From: Paludibacteraceae bacterium
GTDB lineage: Bacteria > Bacteroidota > Bacteroidia > Bacteroidales > Paludibacteraceae
Length of the DNA stretch: 64,000 nucleotides
NCBI GenBank assembly: GCA_045616185.1
Contig: JAZLGG010000003.1
Location: forward strand, 9,083-73,082
Reading direction: 5' to 3'
Under the pieces are notes generated by a model, which saw only the letters and a program-made list of their open reading frames with translations, was not told where the DNA came from and made no database searches. A program made the position numbers and the translations under genes. Shown here piece after piece: positions 1 to 6,963 of the stretch (positions within the stretch are counted from its first letter, which is position 1; every line of letters begins with the position of its first letter).

Positions 1-988
1 TGATGCGGAAGATACGCCCGGGGAAATTGTCAGTCAACTGCCCGGAGGTGTACAGGTGCGTGTTTGTGTCCAACTTGGACAGCCCGAACCGTTCACCTGC
101 CAGTTTATAGGCCCCGGCCTTCAATATCGCCGGATGCGGTTCGTAGAGGTACGCCATCGGTTCGGCATAATGCGCTGTAGCGGCTTGTTCCTCCTCGCGG
201 CGGAAAGTGAACTGCATGCCGTTGGCGGTGTCCGTTGCTACAATGTCACCTCGCATCTGTCGGGCGGTATCCTGTATCAGCAGCACCTCCTTGACCTCGT
301 TGGCAGTGGCGACAATATGACAGTCCCACGTGCCTCCAAGGCTCTGCAGGGCGGCAGACAAATCAAGCATCGGGCTGAATTTGAACAATAATAGGCCTGT
401 TCGGGCGCGAAGGGTCGGTAGGAGCCGGAGTACGTCGGGACGGCAATCCTCAATGCGGAAAACTTTGCCCCCGTTCAAATCGCGGCGGGCGGGGTCCAGA
501 TAAATGAGGTCGGCGGCGAAACCGTCCGTTCCGAGCCGCTCTTCCGCCGAGCCGCAGATCACGCGGATGTTCGGTCCGTATAATCCGAAGTTGTGTTCCG
601 CCAGCCGGCACAGTTCGGCATCTTGCTCCACATAGTCCGCGGTGTTGAATAGGCGGCTCATATACAGGCAGTCTATTCCCATTCCGCCGGTAAGGTCGGC
701 CAGATGCCGCATCGGCAGACCGTTCTCCGTGCATAACCGGTGAACGAGACCGGCTTTGTATCGGGCGGTCTGTTCGCCCGAACACTGTTCGCAGGATAGC
801 CGTACAGGATACCACCAGTCCTCCTTTTCTGCTGTTTCGGGCAGTTTGCTGCCGGTGCGTTGGCGGCCTTCTATCTGTTGCAGCAGCCACCGCCATTCGC
901 TGTCGGAGAAGGACGGATAGCGGTTGCGGAGCAGAGCGAGTCGGTTGACATCGTCATTCCGGTGTTCTTTCAGGAAATTGGTCGGCAT
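1..988 (-). CDS. class I SAM-dependent methyltransferase, partial (C-terminus lies beyond the window edge)
   Basis: Hand translation of the minus strand from ATG 988-986 gives an open frame down to base 1: MPTNFLKEHRNDDVNRLALLRNRYPSFSDSEWRWLLQQIEG...DLTGGMGIDCLYM...DLIYLDPARR... It has a GxGxD-type SAM-binding motif. It is absent from the ORF track because no stop lies inside the window. Track ORFs 56..391(+) and 450..896(-) are out-of-frame shadows. Confidence 0.7.
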   Translation of the reverse strand, partial: MPTNFLKEHRNDDVNRLALLRNRYPSFSDSEWRWLLQQIEGRQRTGSKLPETAEKEDWWYPVRLSCEQCSGEQTARYKAGLVHRLCTENGLPMRHLADLTGGMGIDCLYMSRLFNTADYVEQDAELCRLAEHNFGLYGPNIRVICGSAEERLGTDGFAADLIYLDPARRDLNGGKVFRIEDCRPDVLRLLPTLRARTGLLLFKFSPMLDLSAALQSLGGTWDCHIVATANEVKEVLLIQDTARQMRGDIVATDTANGMQFTFRREEEQAATAHYAEPMAYLYEPHPAILKAGAYKLAGERFGLSKLDTNTHLYTSGQLTDNFPGRIFRI

Positions 989-992
989 ACGC

Positions 993-3329
993 TTACAGTT
1001 CCACGATGGTTATGCCGGCACCGCCGCGGTCGGGGTCGCCGTCGTGAAAATCCAGTATCTTTTCGGTAACGGTCTTGTTGCCTTTCTTGCGGCGGTTGAG
1101 TGTGGCGAGGTAGTCGCGTGTCAGTTGCTTGAGGGCCCCTGTGCCTGTGCCGTGCAGGATGCTCACTTTGTCGGCACCGACCATGATGGCATCGTCTATG
1201 TAGGCGGCCAGTATGTCTAACGCCTCGTCCGCACGCAAGCCGCGCAGATCAAGTTCGCGGCTGAAACTCAGTTTCTTGCGTCGCATTTCGTCGGCCACGT
1301 TGGTCGGACGGATAGTGCCTTGGGGCGTCTCTTGCAGCAGATGAGGCGCGTCTTTGGCGATGAACCGCAGTTCCTTGAAGTCGCGTAGCACTTTCTTGCC
1401 GTCGGTCGCGTTGCGGACCGGTTCGGCTGGCCGGGTCGTCGCTTTCATTTTCTCCACACGTTTGCGTGCGCGCTGGGTGACGGCTTTGTCAGCCTTGGCT
1501 TCTTTTATCTCGCGGATGGTGCGCTCGATGGTGGCGTTGGAGCGGCGGAGCAGGTCGGCGGCTTCCTCTTTGGCGGAGTCCAAAATGGTCTTCTTTTGCT
1601 GTTTGAGACCGGCTATCTCGTTTTCATAGTAAGTTATTTTCTCCTCCAGATGTTTTTCCCGCAACCGTATGTTCTGCCGTTTGTTTTCCCAATAGCGTTT
1701 GTCCCGCGCTATGTCTTGCAACTGCTTGTCGTAGTCGATATGCTCCTCGCCGACCAGTTCGGCGGTGTGGGCTATTATGTCCTCGGGCAGTCCTATCTGC
1801 CGCGCTATCTCGATGGCGAAGGACGAACCCGCCTGTCCGATGCTCAGCCGGAACAGCGGCCGCAGGGCTCCGCGGTCGTACAGCATGGCGCCGTTAATCA
1901 TTCCTTCGGTCTTTTCCGCGAGGTGTTTCAGGTTGGTGTAGTGGGTGGTGACGACACCGACGGCGTGCCGTTCATGCAAGGCGCACAGGATGCTTTCGGC
2001 CATCGCGCCGCCTATCGCGGGTTCGGTGCCACTACCCGCCTCGTCTATCAGGAAAAGGGTGTCATTGTCGGCATTGCGCACAAAGGCTTTCATGTTCCTC
2101 AGGTGACTGGAATAGGTGGACAGATCGTCGTTGATGGACTGCTCGTCTCCGATGTCTATCATGATGTGCTTGAACAGGCCCATCGTGCTGCTTTCGTCCA
2201 TCGGCACCAGCAGGCCGCATTGCAGCATGTATTGGGTGAGGGCGACTGTTTTCAGACATACCGACTTGCCGCCGGCGTTCGGACCGGAGATAATCAGTAG
2301 CGTGTTGGGGTCGCCTAATCTCAAATCCAAGGGCACCACCTCTTTTTTCTCCTCTTTGAACCGCAGGTAGAGTACGGCGTGCCGTGCGCTGTGCCAGTCT
2401 ATCATCGGTTGGTCTTCCACGGTGGGCAGGATGGCGTTCAATTCTTTGCCGGACAAGGCCTTGGCCCGCACGAAATCAATGTGTCCGAGCCACGCCTCAG
2501 TGCGGAGGAGGTCCGGCGTGCAGGGGCGCAGCCGTTGCGCCATCGTAGTGAGTATCTTGATGCGCTCGCGTTTCTCCTCGTTTTCGAGACTGCGGATGCG
2601 GTTGTTGGCCTCCACCACCTGTTGCGGTTCGACAAAGACGGTCTTGCCTGTGGCGGACTCGTCGTGGACGATACCGCCTATTTTCTTCTTGTAGGCGGGC
2701 GGCACAGGCAGTACCAGCCGTCCTTCGCGCAGGGTGGGGGCGGTGTCTTTGTCCAGTAATCCGGCGGCTTGCGCCTGCCTCAATACGCTCTGTATAGCCC
2801 GCGACACTGCCCCTTGTGCAAGGGTCAGTTCGTGTCGTATGCGCCCCAGTTCGGGCGAAGCGTTGTCGCGCAGTTGCCCGTAAGGGTCCAATATGGCGTC
2901 TATCGCACGGACGGTCTGCGACAGTAGCCCTCGGTGGTCCGCACTTTCCTCAATGCGCCATCGGCTGATGATAGGGTAGCGTATAGTGTCCAACCCCATG
3001 AAAAACTGTTCCAAACGTGCCGCGTAGTCCAGGGTCTTGCGCAGAGCGAACAGTTCGGCTTCGTCCAGAAAAAGCCCTTCCACGCGAATGCGTGCCAACG
3101 CGCCGCGCAGGTCGCTGATCTCCCCTTGCGGCATTTCGCAGGAGCCGTCTTGCAGGAGCCTTAGCACCTCCCAAGTCTCCGCCAACCGGCTTCGGATGGC
3201 GCGGCTGTCTGACAGGAAAACAATCGCATCCGTCTGTTCGCGCCCCTGTTCGGAGCGGCAGAACTGGCGAACGTGCTGCCGCACGGCGCCGAAGTCGATT
3301 TTCTTCTCTATGTTGTCCGGATAAATCAT
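993..3329 (-). CDS. mutS2: endonuclease MutS2 (MutS domain V ATPase plus C-terminal Smr domain)
   Basis: Track ORF 993..3404(-). Walker A ISGPNAGGKS, FLIDEAGSGTEP, and a C-terminal Smr (LDLRGLRADEALD...LHGTGTGALK). Start moved to ATG 3329 (MIYPDNIEKK), which forms an ATGA overlap with the stop of the upstream gene. Confidence 0.93.
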   Translation of the reverse strand: MIYPDNIEKKIDFGAVRQHVRQFCRSEQGREQTDAIVFLSDSRAIRSRLAETWEVLRLLQDGSCEMPQGEISDLRGALARIRVEGLFLDEAELFALRKTLDYAARLEQFFMGLDTIRYPIISRWRIEESADHRGLLSQTVRAIDAILDPYGQLRDNASPELGRIRHELTLAQGAVSRAIQSVLRQAQAAGLLDKDTAPTLREGRLVLPVPPAYKKKIGGIVHDESATGKTVFVEPQQVVEANNRIRSLENEEKRERIKILTTMAQRLRPCTPDLLRTEAWLGHIDFVRAKALSGKELNAILPTVEDQPMIDWHSARHAVLYLRFKEEKKEVVPLDLRLGDPNTLLIISGPNAGGKSVCLKTVALTQYMLQCGLLVPMDESSTMGLFKHIMIDIGDEQSINDDLSTYSSHLRNMKAFVRNADNDTLFLIDEAGSGTEPAIGGAMAESILCALHERHAVGVVTTHYTNLKHLAEKTEGMINGAMLYDRGALRPLFRLSIGQAGSSFAIEIARQIGLPEDIIAHTAELVGEEHIDYDKQLQDIARDKRYWENKRQNIRLREKHLEEKITYYENEIAGLKQQKKTILDSAKEEAADLLRRSNATIERTIREIKEAKADKAVTQRARKRVEKMKATTRPAEPVRNATDGKKVLRDFKELRFIAKDAPHLLQETPQGTIRPTNVADEMRRKKLSFSRELDLRGLRADEALDILAAYIDDAIMVGADKVSILHGTGTGALKQLTRDYLATLNRRKKGNKTVTEKILDFHDGDPDRGGAGITIVEL

Positions 3330-3607
3330 CCCAAAAGGCGTATGTCGCGGAGGATGTTCCCGCCGACTGTTTCGTTCAGTTTCTTTACCAGTTCGAACCG
3401 GCATTCGAACAGTTGGGCGCGCAGTGCGGCGCTGTGGATGTGGACATACATCACGCCGTCGCGTATCTCCATGTTGCCGGACAACCGTGCGGCCTGTTCG
3501 CCAACAACGGTGGGCCAGGCCTGCAATACATGGCGTTCCATCAGCGTCTTTTCCATTCCGTTTTCGCGGAAATAGGCGGCCAGTATGTCGGTAATCGTTT
3601 CGGCCAT
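3326..3607 (-). CDS. DUF721 (DciA-like) domain protein
   Basis: Track ORF 3326..3715(-). Start taken at MAETITDILAAYF (ATG 3607-3605), which shares one base with the TGA of the upstream gene. Size and sequence (LQAWPTVVGEQAARLS...MYVHIHSAALRAQL) are typical of DUF721. Confidence 0.75.
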   Translation of the reverse strand: MAETITDILAAYFRENGMEKTLMERHVLQAWPTVVGEQAARLSGNMEIRDGVMYVHIHSAALRAQLFECRFELVKKLNETVGGNILRDIRLLG

Positions 3608-4578
3608 CAGCGCAATATCAGTTCCTGCCGTGTTACGAGCGGCGTCCCTTCGGGTATCCCGTTCAGTTGGTAAATGCTCTGCATCTTGATGCCGAATTTC
3701 TGGGCTATCGACCACGCGGTATCTCCTTTGCGGACATAGTAGCGGGCGTGTTGCCGATCGGCGCGGCGGTGTTTGGGGAAGATATAGACGCGGTCGCCTG
3801 CATTCAGTTCGCGTCCGTTTGTGGCATCGTTGTAGCGGCGGAGTGTCTTCTCGGCGATGTTCAGAAAATAGGATAGGGTAGTGAAACTCTCGCCTTCCTG
3901 CGCCACTATGTACCGTACGCCGTTTTGTCGTCCGGAGCGGTGTTCGTGGAACAGTTCGACTTCGTCCATTTTGGCGAGAGTCGTCAGGCTCTCTTTTGTG
4001 ACTATCTCCGCTGTGTCGGCGGCAAAGACGGTATCGGCCGCAAGGGTGTCAGGTGCGATGGCGGGAGCCTGTGCCGTGAGGGCGTCAAGGCGGTAGTCCT
4101 CTATCAGTTTGATGAGTTTGGCGGCGTAGCGGCTGTCGGTAGCGTAGCCGCACTGTTTCAGTCCGTTGGCCCAGCCGCGGTAGTCTGTTATATCAAGGGC
4201 GAACAGGGGTTCGTAGCGTTTGCGCAGCAGGAACTTTGAATGGTCTTCCCACGAATCCTCCGCGCGGCGGTATTTGCGGAAACACTCGTTCTTTTGGTCG
4301 TCATCGTGCCGATAGGTGGCACCGGTCCAGTCGGAGGTGCATTTGATGCCGAAGTGATTGTTGGCTTTCACGGCCAGTTCGCTTTTGCCCGCACCTGATT
4401 CCAGCAGTCCCTGTGCCATCGAAATGGAGGCGGGGATGCGGTATTCGGACTGTTGTGCGACAGCGATGGCGCGATATTGGTCAATGTATTCCAGATAAAC
4501 GGGGTTCAGGCCGGCTGTTTGTCCGCAGCACCACGTGACGGACAAGAGAGCGATGATAGGTACTATACATTTTTTCAT
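3607..4578 (-). CDS. secreted glucosaminidase-domain peptidoglycan hydrolase with two LysM repeats
   Basis: Track ORF 3607..4836(-). Start set at MKKCIVPIIALLSVTWCCGQ (ATG 4578), a signal peptide. Glucosaminidase motif AQGLLESGAGKSELAVKANNHFGIK. LysM-like repeats YIVAQEGESFTTLSYFLNI... and YYVRKGDTAWSIAQKFGIKMQSIYQLN. Confidence 0.85.
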   Translation of the reverse strand: MKKCIVPIIALLSVTWCCGQTAGLNPVYLEYIDQYRAIAVAQQSEYRIPASISMAQGLLESGAGKSELAVKANNHFGIKCTSDWTGATYRHDDDQKNECFRKYRRAEDSWEDHSKFLLRKRYEPLFALDITDYRGWANGLKQCGYATDSRYAAKLIKLIEDYRLDALTAQAPAIAPDTLAADTVFAADTAEIVTKESLTTLAKMDEVELFHEHRSGRQNGVRYIVAQEGESFTTLSYFLNIAEKTLRRYNDATNGRELNAGDRVYIFPKHRRADRQHARYYVRKGDTAWSIAQKFGIKMQSIYQLNGIPEGTPLVTRQELILR

Positions 4579-4582
4579 GCTG

Positions 4583-4590
4583 CAAAGGTA
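4583..4590 (-). promoter_or_regulatory. Bacteroidetes -7 box (TACCTTTG) for the glucosaminidase gene
   Basis: Reverse complement of caaaggta matches TAnnTTTG. Only 4 nt separate it from ATG 4578. Confidence 0.45.
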
Positions 4591-4622
4591 CGATTTTTTT
4601 TGCGTATCTCCAAAAAAAGTTC

Positions 4623-4630
4623 TACCTTTG
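4623..4630 (+). promoter_or_regulatory. -7 box (TACCTTTG) for folK
   Basis: TAnnTTTG match, 8 nt before ATG 4639. Confidence 0.5.
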
Positions 4631-4638
4631 TCCTCGAA

Positions 4639-5037
4639 ATGTTGGTTTATTTGTCTTTGGGTTCGAATGTCGGTGACCGTTCCGCCGTTTTGGATGCTGC
4701 CTGCCGTTTGTTGGCGGAGCGTGTGGGGCCGTTGGTGCGTCGCTCGTCGGTTTACCGCTCTATGCCGTGGGGGTATGTATCCGACCATGAGTATATGAAT
4801 ATCTGTGTCGTGGTGGAGACCGGTTGTACACCGCATGAGGTCTTGTTATTGACGCAGGCGATTGAGCGCGAATTGGGGCGGACGGTCAAGAATTGTTATG
4901 CTGACCGCACGATAGATATTGATTTGCTTTTTTGTGACCCGTCTTGTATTGTTTGCGAGCCGGATTTGATTCTTCCGCATCCCCGCATGTCGCTCCGCGA
5001 CTTCGTGATGATTCCCCTCTCCGAAATCCTTTTCTAA
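4639..5037 (+). CDS. folK: 2-amino-4-hydroxy-6-hydroxymethyldihydropteridine diphosphokinase
   Basis: Track ORF 4453..5037(+). Start at MLVYLSLGSNVGDR (ATG 4639), just downstream of a TAnnTTTG box. HPPK hallmarks: YLSLGSN, DIDLL, LILPHPRM..R.FV..PL.EI. Confidence 0.9.
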   Translation: MLVYLSLGSNVGDRSAVLDAACRLLAERVGPLVRRSSVYRSMPWGYVSDHEYMNICVVVETGCTPHEVLLLTQAIERELGRTVKNCYADRTIDIDLLFCDPSCIVCEPDLILPHPRMSLRDFVMIPLSEILF

Positions 5038-5039
5038 CA

Positions 5040-5250
5040 CTTTCCACTTTCCACCTCGAAAATTCGAAAAATCGAGCATTCGATAACTCGGTCCCTCGAA
5101 ATCTTTCCACTCTAAACTAATTCAACAACACTAAACTCTAAACTATCTTCCGAACGCGAGTTAGGGGACGTCAAGGGGACGTCAAGGGGACGTCAGCATC
5201 TTCTCACCCCCTCGAAAATTCGATCCCTCGATCCCTCGATTTCTCGAAAC
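5040..5250. repeat. mosaic word-repeat block (ctttccac, ctcgaaa/ttcgat, ctaaact, ggggacgtcaa words)
   Basis: The entire spacer between convergent folK and trmN6 is built of short tandem words. It shares ttcgataactcggt and cctcgaaaattcg with the 52911-52986 block. Confidence 0.85.
5164..5196 (+). repeat. tandem 11-mer ggggacgtcaa, three copies, each containing the palindrome GACGTC
   Basis: Read directly from the sequence. Degenerate relatives occur at 31430-31462 and 53171-53192. Confidence 0.9.
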
Positions 5251-5303
5251 ACTGAAGCGTTGCCGGCTTGACAAAAAGTGGCTCAGCCTAAAAAACAGGA
5301 AAC

Positions 5304-6038
5304 TTATAGATAGAAATCTTTGACCAGACGGGCGTAATCGGCACTCTCGGGGGCGTCGGAAGGTTCCAGACACAAAATTGCTGGCGTGTCCGTTTTATGA
5401 GCGGGGAGCGCAGACAGGCGTTGCAACTCTATCAGGATACGTTTGACGGGTTTGTTCATGCGGCTATGTACGCGGCATAGGCGCACAGGGTACAAACCGT
5501 ATGCACCGGCGCGGCGGAGGATGTCGTCTTCCGCCTCGGCAGGCAGAATAAGCGCGAACAGTCCCCCCTCCTGCAGCAGGACGGCGGAACAGCAGAGCAA
5601 ATCGTCAAAAGACAAGCAGTCGGTGTGCCGCGCCGTCCGGCGACCGTCGTCGGGGTTCTTCAGCGCATTGCGGAAATACGGCGGATTGCTGACAATCAGC
5701 CGGTAAGTGCCGTGACGGGCAGTATCGGAAGTCCAGTCCTGCAATGAAGCAGGGTAGGCGTGTAGCCGCTCGCTCCACGGCGATGCCGCAAAATTGTCGC
5801 GTGCCTGTTCGGCAGCGGCACTATCAAGGTCAATGGCGTCCGACTGCCACTCCGGTCCGCTGCGCTGCGCCAGCATCAGCGCTATCAGTCCGCAGCCCGT
5901 TCCAATGTCCAGTATGCGTCCGCCACCCGCCGGTACAGATGCCCAGGCACCTATCAGCACGCCATCGGTACCGACTTTCATGGCGCAACGGTGATGCGCC
6001 ACATAAAACTGCTTGAACTGAAAACCGTTTGGTTTCAC
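5304..6038 (-). CDS. trmN6: tRNA1(Val) (adenine37-N6)-methyltransferase (YfiC/TrmN6 family)
   Basis: Whole track ORF. GTG start at 6038. SAM motif ILDIGTGCGLIALMLAQR and catalytic VSNPPYF (NPPY). Confidence 0.8.
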   Translation of the reverse strand: MKPNGFQFKQFYVAHHRCAMKVGTDGVLIGAWASVPAGGGRILDIGTGCGLIALMLAQRSGPEWQSDAIDLDSAAAEQARDNFAASPWSERLHAYPASLQDWTSDTARHGTYRLIVSNPPYFRNALKNPDDGRRTARHTDCLSFDDLLCCSAVLLQEGGLFALILPAEAEDDILRRAGAYGLYPVRLCRVHSRMNKPVKRILIELQRLSALPAHKTDTPAILCLEPSDAPESADYARLVKDFYL

Positions 6039-6045
6039 GATGATT

Positions 6046-6840
6046 TTAGTGGAAAGTGGAGAGCGGGAAATGGAGAGTGGGGACTTTTCGGGTCGCCAAT
6101 CCGGTGTGCGTTCCGTTGCAAGCCTTCACGTGATGATGGCAATGGTTGTGGCCGTGGCTCTCCAACCCCAAATGGATGCCGAGATACAGGCCGTAACCCA
6201 GGAACAGGACGGCGCAGATATAGCGGAAGCGGTGTTCAAAACGCTGCATCTTCTGCATGAGCGACTGCGCACTGACCATACTGTATGATATGAGCCACGC
6301 TATCAGCAGGATAGGAAGTCCCGTGCCCAGTCCGAACGCCACAGGCATAATCAGCGACTGCGGGAAAGGCATGTCCGATGTAACAGCCGTTTCCACCATT
6401 GTGAAGAAATACATCAGCCGGTGCGGGCAGAAAGCGATGGCGAAAAAGATACCCAGCATAAATGCCCACAACCAACTGGATTTGTCGTCCACAGTCTGGA
6501 GCCACTTGCTCATGCCGTGGTCGTGGTTGTGGTGGTGACGGCCTGCCGCTAACAGGAAAACGCCGCAGACCAACATGAAGACGCACAGCATCGGTTCGCC
6601 CCATTCGTTCAGAAAACGGCGGATGCCGTCCGTCTGTGCCCCTATCATAAAGGGAATGGCCGCCAAGACATAGGTCAGCAGTTTGCCCAAAACAAACATG
6701 AAACCCGTAATCAGCACACGTTTGCGGTTGTTCAGTTCGCGGTCAATATAGCCGACAGCCGCGATGCTGGTGAACAGTGTGCAGGGGTCAAGTATCATCA
6801 AAAAACCCAAAAGGAGTGAGGTGAGGACAGGAAGAATCAT
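6046..6840 (-). CDS. DsbD/CcdA-family (DsbD_2) polytopic membrane protein with His-rich loops; possible metal or thiol transporter
   Basis: Whole track ORF with multiple TM helices. Paired membrane Cys motifs (LDPCTLF and AFCPHRL) typical of CcdA/DsbD_2. His-rich stretches RHHHNHDHG and SHGHNHCHHH. The last ~27 codons are encoded by a dispersed repeat (see findings). Confidence 0.6.
   Translation of the reverse strand: MILPVLTSLLLGFLMILDPCTLFTSIAAVGYIDRELNNRKRVLITGFMFVLGKLLTYVLAAIPFMIGAQTDGIRRFLNEWGEPMLCVFMLVCGVFLLAAGRHHHNHDHGMSKWLQTVDDKSSWLWAFMLGIFFAIAFCPHRLMYFFTMVETAVTSDMPFPQSLIMPVAFGLGTGLPILLIAWLISYSMVSAQSLMQKMQRFEHRFRYICAVLFLGYGLYLGIHLGLESHGHNHCHHHVKACNGTHTGLATRKVPTLHFPLSTFH
6076..6130 (+). 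repeat. dispersed element R1, partial degenerate copy C (inside the 3' end of the minus-strand DsbD_2 gene)
   Basis: agtggggacttttcgggtcgccaatccggtgtgcgttccgttgcaagccttcacg aligns to the right half of copies A and B with a few substitutions. Confidence 0.8.
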
Positions 6841-6926
6841 AATTTTCAGTCAAACGTTAAAAGCCAAAAATTGCGGACGTGCCCGCTAAAAAGACGAAAG
6901 TTTTATTTTTTTTCCAAAATTGTTTG

Positions 6927-6934
6927 CAAAGGTA
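6927..6934 (-). promoter_or_regulatory. -7 box (TACCTTTG) for the DsbD_2-family gene
   Basis: Reverse complement of caaaggta. Back to back with the plus-strand box at 6947. Confidence 0.5.
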
Positions 6935-6946
6935 CATAAAAAATCG

Positions 6947-6954
6947 TAACTTTG
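6947..6954 (+). promoter_or_regulatory. -7 box (TAACTTTG) for the histidine kinase gene
   Basis: TAnnTTTG match, with an upstream TTTG at 6923-6926. Confidence 0.55.
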
Positions 6955-6963
6955 CAAGTGATT

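Noticed and set aside
5040-5250. Possible CRISPR array or other spacer-repeat structure in the word-repeat blocks
   Set aside because: The units are only 7-11 nt and directly tandem, with no unique spacers of 25-40 nt. No cas genes are in the window.
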